Positions 14,530 through 29,483 of a stretch of DNA of 64,000 nucleotides are shown one piece after another; position 1 is the stretch's first letter, and each line of letters opens with the position of its first letter. The DNA lies in assembly GCF_009914755.1 (NCBI RefSeq), contig NC_060942.1; one strand, written 5' to 3'. The translations under genes and the position numbers were made by a program. The DNA comes from the human T2T-CHM13v2.0 reference genome, Homo sapiens. Below the pieces are notes generated by a model that was given only the letters and a program-made list of their open reading frames with translations, was not told the origin of the DNA and ran no database searches.

Positions 14530-14640
14530 AAGAGGAAATGACTGTATGGAGATATTTCAAAGGAATTGCCCAAGGTCACATAGCTGGGAAATGGCAGTTG
14601 GGATTTTAACCTGTGCTGTCTGGTTTTATAGTTCTTCCCT
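14530..14640 (-). mobile_element. MIR core
   Basis: 'ttgcccaaggtcacatagctgggaaatggcagttgggattttaacc'. Confidence 0.75.
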
Positions 14641-14899
14641 TATATTGAAAAAAAATCATTACATTATTACTTTAAACTAAAGTTTTGGAATAACAAATTT
14701 TCTAGAGTTCTCATACATGAGAAGGGTTAAAAAAGAGACTCAGAAGACCATTTTTTCTTATAGTTGGATTGCCTTTTGCAGACACTATTTTAGAAGCAAT
14801 GGTTCAGAGACAAAGGTGCTCCTAAGCATGGAGACACAATTAATGGATTTTGATTGAGTGACTGACCAACTGAGGTAGTAACACACCAGTGAAAGTAAA

Positions 14900-15389
14900 G
14901 TGTTGTAACCGTTAAAACTATTTGTTTACAGTGAACCATTCCCCTGATATTTATGCTTTATATGGTACCTTTATGCATTAACTTTAGGTTTAGCTATGTG
15001 TCTTTCTTTAGACAATTAAATAATAGTAAGCATTACACAAATTGAAGCCTGATAAACACTTGCAAACTGGGCGTGTTCTCTTGCATTACAGTCTCCATTT
15101 AAGGAACCCAAGCTATCTACATGCAGAGAACACAGGTAGAGATCGCAGGGCTATAGCCTCCCAGATATTTATAACAAGGCTCCAATCGTGTGCGTGAAGT
15201 CTGTTTAGATTTTGTTTTAATCCAGCTCAGCATTTGAGTGATGCAAGTCACCCAAATCACCTCCCCATGGAGCAAAATTGTTCAGCTGAATCCAGCCAAT
15301 CCACCTGATTATGAGAAGGAATAAACTATTGCTATCATAAATCATTACTTATTGGTATGGTTGTTACGCAGCTACAGGCAATTAAAACA
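14900..15389 (+). mobile_element. Old MLT1 (G/H/I-like) MaLR LTR
   Basis: 3' end 'cagctgaatccagccaat...attatgaga...aataaactattgcta...ggttgttacgcagctacaggcaattaaaaca' follows the MLT1 layout. Confidence 0.7.
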
Positions 15390-15647
15390 CAGGGCATCTT
15401 GTTAACCAACTTTGCCACGACTCTCATTTCGGTGAAGAAAAATAATTTATAGGAACATACTGAAATCCCATCTGACACTGTGATTATTTTATACATATAT
15501 TGAGTAGGCACTAGGACAAAATATATCATCAAGGACCTTTGTAATTTAAGCTATTTTGATGGCAAATATGCCATATATTAAATTTTTCACTAACAGACAT
15601 TTGATGCCACATTCTAGAAAACCATGATTTCTTTCCAAATAGCTTCC

Positions 15648-15724
15648 GTGTATATATATACACATATACATATGTATGTTGTATGTATCTTTATATACAT
15701 ATATGTATATATGCATATATACAT
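15648..15724. repeat. TA/TATG low-complexity microsatellite
   Basis: Directly visible. Confidence 0.8.
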
Positions 15725-16795
15725 GAATTGTTTTGAGACAAAAAGGTTTTCTTGACTAAATGAGCCAGTAGATATTTAAAGGAGAGAAAAATCACTAGGT
15801 TACCAAGATTACAGTGAGTCTATTCATGTGGATAAAACAATAATTTCCCCCATGTGATTATCATACTTGTAGGTGTCAGTGTTGCAAATTCAGGGATAAA
15901 GTTGTTTACGTTAGAGAGTTAGCCATTTACAGGAAAGGGTACAAGGCTTTGTTGATTTGGAATACTAATGCTAGGTAGAATCTTCTTCCTCATTTTTACC
16001 ATACTACTCTCTTTCCTGTATAAACTATATCTTTGTGTATTTTTAAAACACTGCCATTAATAAAAAGTAGCAATAATATCATCAAATAATAATAATAGAA
16101 TATAAATAGAATAATTTATTATAACTTTTTTTCATTTTAACAGAAGTTACTATTATTTTGGAAGTTTTTACTACTCATGCATGCTATCTGTGCATTTATA
16201 AAAATAATAGTATATGGAGACCCTAGCATCTTTTTATTAATCTTATTTTAATGTTTCTAATTTTTTTCAGAATCAACCTTTGCTATCTTAGTCATCTTGT
16301 TTTCATGAGAAAAATTAATGTATCTTTTATGACTCTATGAATAGTCATTACAATTTTGGCTATTTAGATGATCAATGATACAAGGATTTTATTCAATTTT
16401 AAAATATATAATCATTAGTCAATTTCATTAAATTTCCACAGATTATATAATTAATTATTAATGAATATAGAATTTGAAATAAATCCATTTCTATTCACAA
16501 AATTTAAGGACACAGATAGAAAGGCATGTAGTTTAAGAGATTTTGTTTAATTCCAACCAAATATTTTGAGAACTATATAAATATTTCCTAATTCTAACCA
16601 AAATCCATATGTCCAATAAACAGTATAGATATATCTTTCAAACATGTTTACAAAAAATTATTTTTCTGCCTTTTAATAATTGAACTCTTTAAAAATCACA
16701 TCGTATATAGAAAAAACTATACAAACGTTTTTCATCAAATTCATTTTGTAAAATAAATATCATTCATTCATTAATTTATTGATTTTTTGATAGAG

Positions 16796-18029
16796 TTTTT
16801 TTATTATTATACTTTAACTTCTAGGGTACATGTGCACAACGTGCAGGTTTGTTACATAGGTAAACATGTGCCATGTTGGTTTGCTGCACCCATCAACTCG
16901 TCAGTTACATTAGGTTTCCTAATGCTATCCCTCCCCTAGTCCCCCACCCCATGACAGGCCCCAGTGTGTGATGTTCCGCATCTAGTGTCCATGTGTTCTC
17001 ATTGTTCAACTCCCACCTATGAGTGAGAACATGCTGTGTTTGGTTTTCTGTCCTTGTGATAGTTTGCTTAGAATGATGTTTTCCAGCTTCATCCATGTCC
17101 CTGCAAAGGACATGAACTCATCCTTTTTATGGCTCCATAGTATTCCATGGTATCTATGTGCCACATTTTCTTAATCCAGTCTATCATTGATGGACACTTG
17201 GGTTGGTTCCAAGTCTTTGCTATTGTGAATAGTGCCACAATAAATATACGTGTACATGTGTCTTTATAGCAGCATGATTTATAATCCTTTGAGTATATAC
17301 CCAGTAATGTGATGACAGGGTCAAATGGTATTTCTAGTTCTAGATCCTTGAGGAGTCGCCACACTGTCTTCCACAATGGTTGAACTAATTTACACTCCCA
17401 CCAACAGTGTAAAAGCATTTCTATTTCTCCATATCCTCTCCTGCATCTGTTGTTTCCTGACTTTTTAATGATCACCATTCTAAGAGGTGTGAGATGGTAT
17501 CTCATTGTGGTTTTGATTTGCGTTTCTCTGATGACCAGTGATGATGAGCATTTTTTCATGTGTCTGTTGGCTGCATAAATGCCATCTTTTGAGAAGTGTC
17601 TGTTCATATCCTTTGCCCACTTTTTGATGGGGTTGTTTTTTTCTTGTAAATTTAAGTTAATTGTAGCTTCTGGATATTAGCCCTTTGTCAGATGGGTAGA
17701 TTGCAAAATTTTTCTCCCATTCTGTAGGTTGCCTGTTCACTCTGATGATAGTTTCTTTTGCTGCTCAGAATCTGTTTAGTTTAATTAGATCCCATTTGAC
17801 TATTTTGGCTTTTGTTGCTATTGTTTTTGGTGTTTTAGTCATGAAGTCTTTGCCCATGCCTATGTCCTGAACTGTATTGCCTAGGTTTTCTTCTAGGGTT
17901 TTTATGGTGTTTGGTCTTACATTTAAGTCTTTAATCCATCTTGAGTTAATTTTTGTATAAGGTGTAAGAAAGAGATCCAGTTTTAGCTTTCCACATATGA
18001 CAAGCCAATTTTCCCAACACCATTTATTA
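16796..18029 (-). mobile_element. 5'-truncated L1PA (about L1PA6-7), ~1.2 kb, antisense
   Basis: 3' end 'ttattatactttaacttctagggtacatgtgcacaacgtgcaggtttgttacatagg'. ORF 17089-17607 encodes the ORF2 C-terminus (MNRHFSK...[14 protein letters not shown]). Confidence 0.96.
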
Positions 18030-18140
18030 TTATTTATTTATTATGATTATTATTATTATTTTATTAATGTTTAATATTTAATGATTTAATGTTTTAATAT
18101 TTTTATATTTTGTTTTATGATTTATGATTTTAATGTTTTT
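18030..18140. repeat. AT-rich (TTA)n-like low-complexity tract at the L1 5' junction
   Basis: Directly visible. Confidence 0.8.
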
Positions 18141-20739
18141 CTGATATATTAATAGCATGTAAGATATCCAGCAAAGTTACAGATACATTATATACCTTCA
18201 TGAACACTATGTCATTCTCTCATTTTCTACTGCAATGAGACATACAATTATACAGAATTGGCAAATACTTGTTTAAAACATTATTTTATCTCTTCTATTC
18301 CCAATGGAGATGAACAATAGGGAAAAATAAATAAAATTATTGCATTTTGGAATTAGTTGAATAATATAGGATGAAATTGGTAATAATAGGCAATAATCTA
18401 TTGTAAATTATTTTTAAAGTTTGGATTTTGGGGTAAACACACATATGTTTTCTTTTATTTTTATTCACTTATGCATTTATTCATTCAGCAGCTACTCTGT
18501 GCAAGCCCTCTGGAAGAACTTGTTGGAAATAACTATGATTCCTGCTATCAAGAGCCATGCAGCATAAAGGGCAAGAGAAACAGGGAAACAAACGTCTTTA
18601 CAGGAAAAGGTCCATAAAACATACATGAATGAAGTGATACATAATCGCTTTGCTCACTTGGAGTCCAAAATGCTTTCCTGAAGGGAAATTCTCTGCTAGA
18701 TTTGTGGATGATATACTAAAGAACTAAGGGCAGAGCAAAACAACTTTCTGACAATTTTTTGTCAGAAAATTGTGATTTTTTCAAAATATTGTTATGCATA
18801 TACAAAGCCTTGATGATAGCAGGCAGGGAAGTAGTAATTTCCCTTTATTGTTCAGCAAATGGTTGCCCCTCATAGAGAACGAATAATAAGTGATTCTAGT
18901 GTCTGAAGAAACAGATGTTGTCATGGGGATAGACATAGCTTCTCAACAGTAGTTCATTTCTAGTACCGGAATTATAGTGAATTGAAAGAGTCTAATTCGA
19001 GTCTTGGGGCATCTTCTCTTTTCCCTCTGTTTGTATTAATTCTTCCAGATGAATTGTTTTTATTTTGGCCATCAGGGATGATTGTATCACTAACATGGCT
19101 CACCAAAAGCAACTTAGAAAATTTGTACATGAAACATTTTTTAGCTACTTAATTTTAATAGAAATGGTACATAATATATTCCATATTCACTTAATGACAA
19201 CAAAGTTTTAATAGAGAGAACATTAGCATTCACATTTTGATGGAGAAAATTAAAAATATTATATCTTGGAGGAACATGTTTCAGAAAGTTTTTTCTTTTA
19301 GAGCAGTGTTAATGCATACAAACTACAATTAAAGTAACTTTCATTGAGCAATGTTGCATAAAGTAAACAATAAGACTTTTTCATGGTATTTAAGGTTGTC
19401 TTTTTGAACTCTCCCATTATGTTCTACATATAATATGGTGTCATGTGGAGTGATCTGACATCAAAAAGCCCCAGCCTCCAGTAGGTGAACCTTTTCCTCA
19501 CTTTCATGCCTAAGAAAAAACGAGCTCATGTTGGGTTTTCAGAGACAAAAAAGAAATGGCAATGCTTTTTTCACTCAGTTTGTTCTAATTCCAAGACACT
19601 AAAAGCTTAGTTTTGAAGAACTAGATATCAATACTGCTAACACTCTAGGGTCCAACTTACCAACCCTGAATGTAATGTTAACATCACTGAATTTGCTTAT
19701 TTAGTTCTTACTGCATATTTATCTTTTATGATTGAACTCCTTTGAAACAACAATTTTAGCAATATGACTTAATTATTTAAACCTTAAAATATCCATATTC
19801 TTATTATGATCCTTTCAAACTCATGTAAATTAAGTCATGTAATGATTTAATATGAAACTTCCCATGCACTTAAACAAATTGTTCTTGTGTTAAATTGATA
19901 AGGAACAATGAAAATTTCACGGCTGATAAGATATTGATGTAACTATACTACATTCTCAGTGTCCTCATTCTCTCTCCATCTCTCGCTGTCTCCTATGTGC
20001 TCTCTCTCACACACCATTTGTTTAAAACAGAAAACTGATTACTTCTGTTCCATATTTGCTCATGTAGTAACTCAGTAAAGCTGTGAGTGTCAGTGTATCA
20101 GCTTAATTGGAGGAGATGACAGATAAGAATGTATGAATCACCTGTGGAGTTTGCTAAACTATGGAATTCCTTTTTCAAAGGCTCTAACGAAACTGAGCAC
20201 CAACTCTGACATAAATTGTGTGTGCACTGCTATTTGTGACATTTAAGCTATAAAAACAGTGGACACTTTATCTATACTTCAACTAAAGGAAAATCTGAAA
20301 GAATTATTCCTTGCTGTGGCCTAAATCATTAAGTTAAAATACAGAAAAAAAGAGGAACAAGACATTCAGTTTTAGCACCTTAAGACATATGTAAGACACG
20401 TAGAATAACTAATAGTCAATCAATTAGCCTAGATAAAATTATCGAAATCAAACCAGGCAGAAATTTCTTCCAATTTTAGATTGCATTAGGAAAATATACA
20501 GAAAGATTTTTAAAACCTTCATTAAGGCATTCACATTCTTAATCCTTAAATTTGAAAATCCTTTCTGATCTCAATTAAAATATGTATGTTAATGAAATTT
20601 ATTATTTTTTCCAATGTTAACATGGTACATATAGTTGTTAACGACATTCTTGTTAATACATGTGTCTATTGATCTTTTCTTACATTTCAATATTCTTTCA
20701 TTATAAACAGGAGTAGTTGCCATTTAGTGAGCATAAGCT

Positions 20740-20885
20740 ATGTGATATATTCTCATATGCTGTCTCAGTTAATTTACACAAAACTCAAGATATTACTTTG
20801 TCAATTTTCCATGAGGCTCAGTAACATTCTGAAGCCACATACCTGGAAGGTATCAGAACAACAGAACATAATCCCAAGATGTTTA
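20740..20885 (-). mobile_element. MIR remnant
   Basis: 'tgtctcagttaatttacacaaaactcaaga...atgaggctcagtaacattctgaagccacatacctggaag'. Confidence 0.5.
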
Positions 20886-23619
20886 TCTCTCACTTACTTT
20901 TTTTTTTTTTTCTCCAGCAACATTGCTTTCCTATCTACCTACGGGAAGAAATCATTCTGCTGTCTCCATTGACATCAGTTTTGGCAATTAATTTTTTAAA
21001 TTATAAGATAATGTTTACAACAACGAGATGAGTGCCCATTTCTGTATAAAGTGGCAAGAGAAATACATGTCTTTGAGACGGAGATATTTTTGTCTGCTTG
21101 CTTTGTTTTGTTTGGCATTAGGGAAATATTAGAAGTAAGTATCCATTTTCTTTTGGCAAGTCTTGTCACTGTCATTCACATGGTACTGCCTCGAGGAAGC
21201 AATTTCTTAGCATAGTCTAATGTGTCAGTAATATATTAATAAAATTTATACTTTGTACATAATTTTAAAATGCTCATAAATATATGAAAATTCATGAGTG
21301 TGCTGCTCTTCATTTAGAGGTTTTAGCTTTTATAGGAAGATACAAGTAATCCAGAAATAGCCTATTGTCTAGGGAGCAGACAAAGGAATACCTGGAGAAT
21401 GAGAGAATTTTAGAGTAGGAGAAATTAAATGGTATGGTGTTGTCCAAAACACATTTAATACGGGTAATTTGAACATTTATGGTAAGCCAGGCATCATCAT
21501 GTAACTTCTTATGTGGAAAGTGTGTGCACAAAATTCAACACATTTTTATTGAGGGTGAATGGTATGGTGTATGTACGCTGTCTTATAGTCTAAAGAAAGA
21601 AGAAATGTCCTCACTAAGAAAGGTACTACAAATGAATTTAGAATCATTTATTAGGAATTAGTGAGGTAGGAAAGTAAAAAGAAAATTAACAAGTTTAAAA
21701 CACAGACTTAAGCTAATTTTACAATAAAAAAGTTGGTGAATGACCTTTGAAGAAGACAAATAATTAAGGCGTAACTCTTTTAGGTATACAATGTGTTAGC
21801 AGTATTTTTTCAAGAGGCATGTTGCCTTATAGAATAGTCATGTAAAGTTTTTCCACCATTGATATATATTAGCTATATTAGCCCACCTTCTTTTATCTCA
21901 TTATGCTATATCCCAGATTAAAAGAGAAAATACAGTTTAGAGGTGTCCATGCCGAAGCAGAAGTTATCTTCTGAGCTTTTACAAACCTGTCTACACTAGC
22001 GTACATTTAAGATCCAAATGGCTTATTTGCATGTTTGTAATTTTTCTTTTTTTCTGTTAAATGGAATTGACTACAAATTAGCTTTTGACTTTAATGTGAA
22101 CACAATTAGAATAATGTATCCATGTAACCAATTTTGAAATAATCCATTATCTGGAAATAGATTTAGTAACAACATACCTATTTTTAAAAATGGCAACAAT
22201 TATCCAGAATTCAACACTAAGATTCCACAGAGGAACTTCTATACCAATAGATTATAAAAGATCACTCAAATTGATAACACATTAAAAGTAACAATTTATG
22301 AGGCATTATAAGCCTTATTTGAATGTGATATTTGGCCATACAAACTTTTCCATATAGTAAAATATGATATTAATGACAGTTTTAATAATATTTTATTATC
22401 TAGTATCTTAAAACACAAGGGCTAAAAAGTTTATATTTTGGAAAACAATTTTGAAAGTATCATGTTTTAATTTAAGTGGCTTTCCAATATTATTTTATTA
22501 TGGAGTGAAACAAAATAAAACAAAAAGAACACACTAATGCCAGTCCAATTTCTAGGCGAAATATATATGACAAGTTCCTGGGACTTCCTTGTACTCTCTG
22601 TTAAGTTCTTGTAAGGCTGTCAGACAGTATTTTCTTATTACCATCTTTTTACCTATCCATCTCTAGTAGACCTGGGCTCTTTAGGCAGGTCACATCTTCA
22701 CTGATTTTAAGTTTTTGACAATATGCTCACTTGAAAACGTAAAATCAATGGAAATTAAAAATGAGTCTAATGTGGTTCAGGAGGCTGTATCATTTTGAAG
22801 TCCAAGAGAAAGACTTTTTAAATCTTTCTACGAAATCCATTTTAGAATTTAATAAATTTTATTGCTTAAATTTTAAAATGTAATTTTCCAAATACATATT
22901 TCATTAAAAGTCAGTGAATATCCTTTCAATGTGTCAATATTTCTATTAGGGAAGGGAGGTGTTTACCTACATTTTTATTTTCCAAAGTATGTTCCACTTT
23001 GAGAGGTACTCTAATGTTGTATGCCTGACCTGATCTAGAATTTGTGGAATCTGGGATTGATTTCTTTCTTTAAAGTGCTGAGATTACAACCCCTACTATA
23101 AAATGAGGCCGAAAGACAAAGTACTTGTCATGTCTGTGTTAATAGAAAAAAAAAAAAAAAAAAAGGAATGTAAGTGAGTGGATTTCTAATTTGTCTTCTT
23201 CCATTTAAAAAAAACAAACTACAAATTCTAACATTTGTAAATGTATTATTTCTTACATTTTTCTTAAATGGCAGTAGTTGTCTGTTAAACATAAGTGGTT
23301 TACTACCTTGAAAAATAAAACTAAAATGGCAAATGTTAAATTTCTAGAAAATCGTTATATGGATATTTGTAACTTTATTTTGTTTACTTTCGCTTTGTAA
23401 ATCTTATAGTACATTTGATATTGGAGCAATGAAAGGTTAAGTCTTAAATGCTCAAACACATATTCCAAAAAGTAAAAAGAGAAATAATATTTCTGTCAAG
23501 TACAACATTAAAAATTAATGTATATCAGTGAACTCTGGTAAATGAAAAAATAGCAGCTGGAAATTATCCACTTTTCTTGTACCAATCCAGTTATTAAACC
23601 CAACTGCACAGTAAAATCA

Positions 23620-23770
23620 TCCTACAAGCTTACAAAAATACTGCTTCTTAGATACCATCACAAAACTATTAAATTAAAATATCTAGGGGTGAAGCTTGGA
23701 GGATAGTCATGTTTTAAAGCTACCCATGTGATGCTAATGTGTGCTATTTGCAAAAAAAAATAGTTGAGGT
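23620..23770. mobile_element. MER5-like hAT MITE remnant
   Basis: 'actattaaattaaaatatctaggggtgaagcttggagga...ttttaaagctacccatgtgatgctaatgtgtgc' resembles MER5A. Confidence 0.45.
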
Positions 23771-23808
23771 GAAGATGAATGGGTGGTGTATTTTTTTCAC
23801 AGTAGTGG

Positions 23809-23982
23809 ATACATTCTGGAAATAGAACGTATAGTGGCATTATAGAATACAATAGAATGTACATTATAGAATACAATAGAATTGTATTATATACAATATA
23901 TACAATAGAATTGCATTATAGAATACAATAGAATGTATAGATGCCATTATACATTCTGGAAATAGAATGTATAATGCCATCT
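23809..23982. repeat. Complex minisatellite: ~24-bp units between two self-complementary 25-bp direct repeats
   Basis: cattatagaatacaatagaat at 23838, 23862 and 23914. atacattctggaaatagaaYgtata at 23809 and 23949. Confidence 0.9.
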
Positions 23983-25131
23983 TTCCCTTGGCTCCAGCAG
24001 AGGCTCTATTTTGAACATGGAGTCAATAAGTTATGTCACAATTTTTACCATATATATAAAATTTGTATTAAACTGTTACAAATGATCAAATTATTAACTT
24101 TGTAAAGTGTTCAGAATAAGAAATACACATGTATCTTAAAGAAAAGTAGGTTTCCCTAAAAAGACGGAAGAAATAAAAAATAAAACTTTTTATTAACATT
24201 TTACTGAAATGTATAAAAGATATCTGTGACAGAATTTATATAGCAACCCATTTCCTTACCTATAAATAGCTCTAATAGGCATGATTACATTGCAATTGCA
24301 ACTTTCCAGCTCACATGTTGCATAGATTCCTTTCTGGAAAAAATATTGGTCAGGCAGACATGTTTTTTTTTTTATGACACAATGATCCTAGCTTCACTGG
24401 AATATCTCTTGATAAGTTAATTTTCAATTACTTAAAAGTCAAAAGAGAATTGGATTATTTCCCATTAATTGTAAAACCATGTTATTTATTTAAACTTTAC
24501 TGAAAAAAAGTCCAATATTTTTCAAACAATTCTGTAGAATTGGGCAAACAACTATCACTGAGTTTTATGGTTCATAGCTTATAAATTACATATGTGTTAA
24601 TCTGTGAATAGCATGTTAGGATGCTGTGGATTCACCAGATTTTCATTTGAATTCACTTAGAATCGTCTTTGATAAACTGTCCTTTTTTTTTTCAATCTTG
24701 TCTTAAATAGACAACCCTATGGTTTAAGGTTTCCTTTTGACATTTAAATGAACTAATGTATTAATTTAGACATTTGACCTGTCTAAAGTTCTTTCCATAA
24801 TAACACCTATAATTTAATCAATAAAAATAAATTATTAGAATTGGGGCAGGACCTTAAACATTTTTATAGTTTGACAAATGAACTGTAGAGGTGAATAATA
24901 ATGCCTTTGTCTCTATCCTTATCAGCTTAATTATAGCTTAAACTCCTGTGTCTTTTTCTGTCTAACTCAGAAATGTATAGGCTCTTTCCAAAGGTGGAAT
25001 TAGAAGGTGCACAATTCAAACACATTGTATTTATTAGTATTTATTATGTGTCTACAGAAGACTTAACTGTAACTTTCCAAGAAAATATGATGAAACCTTT
25101 TTGTGTATGTATCAATTGTAGAATCATTTGG

Positions 25132-25132
<1 letters not shown>

Positions 25133-25169
<37 letters not shown>

Positions 25170-25180
25170 GAAGATAGATA
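25133..25180 (+). repeat. (GATA)9 GGAA (GATA)2 tetranucleotide STR
   Basis: Directly visible. Confidence 0.95.
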
Positions 25181-25579
25181 CACACAGATATATGCTTTCA
25201 ATAATTATTTGTAATATAATTGAATTTTAAAATTTGTCTTTAAGCAATACTATGTCTTTAATAAATATATTATGATTCAGTTCAAATGAAGAACTAAGAA
25301 TAAATCATTTTTATTTATGTAAAGGTAACCAGGATAATATGTATCTCAGCAGGTCAATGTCCAAGTGCAGCAATTAGATGGCATCCAGAAATAAATACTT
25401 GCATCTATAAGTAGAAATGTGACAGGTGTGTTGAACTGGTGGCTCAGATAGTATGAGTGACCTTGTTATAAGAGAAAAAAATGTTCTAAAATAGTCTATA
25501 ACTCTAAATCCCTCATCTAAGGAATTTTAAATGCAAGTATGAGTAACTCATATTCACAGTTTGTGTGCATGCACATGTA

Positions 25580-25874
25580 TTTTTTTTTTTTTTTTGAGAC
25601 AGAGTCTTGCTCTGTCTCCTAGGGTAGAGTGAAGTGATGAGATCTTGGCTCACTGCAACCTCTGCCTCATGGTTTCAAGCAATTCTCGTGACTCAGCCTC
25701 CCGAGTAGCTGGGACTAAAAGAACATGCCACCACGCCTGGCTAATTTTTGTATTTTTAGTAGAGGCGGCGTTTCACCATATTGGCCAGGCTGGTCTTGAA
25801 CTCCTGACCTGGTGATCCACCTGCCTCGGCCTCCCAAAGTGTTGGGATTACAGGCATGAGCCACCGTGCCTGGT
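25580..25874 (-). mobile_element. AluS (Sg-like)
   Basis: Poly-T followed by a full antisense Alu dimer; 'ttggccaggctggtcttgaactcctgacctggtgatcc'. Confidence 0.93.
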
Positions 25875-26078
25875 GGTATTTTTGTTCTTACCAGTATAAT
25901 GGAAATACTGCACAAAACTTGACTCCAGTCTTTTCATTTTATCTTTTGATAATACACACATACTACCAATGTTTCTCTATCTTAGGTTTACTAATGAATA
26001 TAGAAGGACTACAGGAAAAAAGAAATGGATTGGCTTCTTTCCCTTTCCTTCTATGTGATTTTTCAGCATAAGTTGTTC

Positions 26079-26503
26079 TGTTACTGAAACACCAGGGTTT
26101 CAGGCTAGGTCCTGCTGCTTGCCACAAAAAAAGCCAATGACTGAGATGATGAGTATTACCAAGGAAGAAGACTTTAATTGGATGCTGCAGCTGAGGAGAT
26201 GGGAGCTCAGTCTCAAATCCATCTCCCTGACCAATTAAAACAAGGGGTTTATATAATAGGGAAGAAATGAAACAATGTGTAAGTAAATGGGAATCATGAT
26301 GAATGAGGTGTCCAGCATCTCCTTGCCTGGATGTCATGACCTGGTGAGATTCAGTTCTTTGATATTTTGTGAGGAGGCCTAAAGGCTGTTTCCTGAGGAA
26401 GGAACTCAGATGAAACACACAAGTTTCAAGCTTTCATACCAGAGGGGTCAATTTCTATGTTTATCCAAAAAAAATTGTCTATGGGACTATTGAATTGGTT
26501 TCA
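26079..26503 (-). mobile_element. ERV1-class solo LTR (MER66-like)
   Basis: TG...CA termini ('tgttactgaaacaccaggg' ... 'gggactattgaattggtttca'). Flanks gttc/gttg fit a decayed 4-bp TSD. Family name recalled. Confidence 0.7.
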
Positions 26504-27449
26504 GTTGAATTATACAGGAAAGTAACCTGAGTAAGAAAAGGTATGATTGAATCACTTGATCATTTGTGTTTCTTTGAATGCCATTGCTTTCTTTTTGTAT
26601 TCAAAGCTAGCTGTGCTTTTAATATGAAATACTGCCTGCTAGGTGTGTTGGGACAGTTAGTGCCTCTGCTTACTTAGTTGAAGGAATCCACATTTATCTG
26701 TACTCACTCTGAGCCTCGTTGAACTCTCATAAATCCTAAGTCCATAGGAACTGTTTTCCAAAGCATGACAAATGCTATATGTAAATTGGTGACAAGAAAC
26801 CACCAGATGATATACATGCAGTATATACACATATTACACAATATATTATATAACATATACACATATGCAAATATATACATATATTATGTAATACGTTACA
26901 TAATATATATGCCATACATCAGACTTCACATTAAAAAATAACTTCAAAGATAAAATTAACAAGGATATTAAGACAGTGATGTCATCACATTAAGTAAAAC
27001 ACAGAGTTCTTTTGAGCACCGGACGCTGAGCACTGAATATATCACATGCCAAAAGATTGGACCTGGTTCCTGGTGATAAGATCACTATAGAAAGGTCCAG
27101 TTGTAGATAAAACAAAGCAATGGTGTGCAAGTCAAAGAAAACATTTAATTTAGAGAGTACCGAAGGATGATTTTCCTACAATAAAATTTCCAAAAGACCT
27201 AATTATTGTACTTAGGAGTGACAGGAGAGGTGGAAAAAAAAGTAAACATAAGTTTATAAGAAGCAGATACAAAAAATAAAGGGCCTTAATATTTGATAAT
27301 TAGCAAATGATGAAAGGAGACAAGAAGCTGGCTTAGTATTTCAAAATGAAAACCAGATACCAAGTTCATGAACACTCACCAAGCAATGCAGCTTTGTAAG
27401 GGAAGTGTCTGGGAAGGCAGACATTGAGTGGAGTCTCTACAGTCTGGGG

Positions 27450-27750
27450 AGATGCTTCATTTGTGTGGAATTCTACAGTAGAGGATTGTGAACTCCTATT
27501 TCAGCATTCTGATCATTATGTGACTCTTATTTGACACATTACAAAGAAGACAACTAGATCTAGACCTGGTAGAGTCAGCAGCAGAGGTCAATTCAAGTCT
27601 TATGAGGAAGTTCTTAAAAGGATACTTCAAAGATTAGCTTGTCTCAGGAAACATCTAAGATCACCAACTTTCTCTAAATGATGGTGTAATAGACACTTGG
27701 TGTTTTACCCTTTGAAAGCATTTTATCTACTTTGTAAGGCTTTGAAAAAG
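27450..27750 (+). mobile_element. Possible CR1/L3 LINE remnant
   Basis: Weak similarity to the CR1 3' RT region ('...cttatgaggaagttcttaaaagga...gattagcttg...'). Confidence 0.3.
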
Positions 27751-28281
27751 CTGAAAATGACTAAACTTTGTTCAACATTAAAGAGTAATTCTGACAGTCT
27801 TAATATGAGAAAGAATTTTAGCATTTTCTAAGTTATCAGCAGTATCCACAACATATTAAGTAAAAAGAAAGCAAATATAAGTATCAGAATCTCCATGATT
27901 TCTTTAAATAAACAGGTATCAACTCGTATTCTTGTACGTTCAGAAAACCATCAACCATCTGTAAGTTTATAGGGAGAGCTACATTTTTATTCACTGCTAT
28001 GATACTATTGGGATAAATTTTAGTAAGTTTGCTTGATTTAACATTTTCTACCGCTAGTTAAAAACTTAGTTCCCCCAAGTATTTGATGAAGTACAGTTCA
28101 AAGAAAAATCCCAAATTGTTTATATTTCCTCTTCTCTTCAATGTAATAGATAAACCTAGATGTGTACCTCCTATAGAAAGGGATAATATCTGTTTTATTA
28201 ATATCTCATTTGGTTGTTTTGAATATAGTGAGTACATACATATTTATTCAGTACAGATTTATAATTTCTTAACCATAATGT

Positions 28282-29483
<1,202 letters not shown>

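Noticed and set aside
18745-18768. 10-bp hairpin tttctgacaa-tttt-ttgtcagaaa as a terminator or structured RNA
   Set aside because: It is short and AT-rich, intrinsic terminators do not apply in this context, and a few such stems are expected in 64 kb.
23809-23982. CRISPR-like array (palindromic repeats with spacers)
   Set aside because: Only two hairpin copies, the intervening sequence is itself repetitive rather than unique spacers, there are no cas genes, and the DNA is primate.
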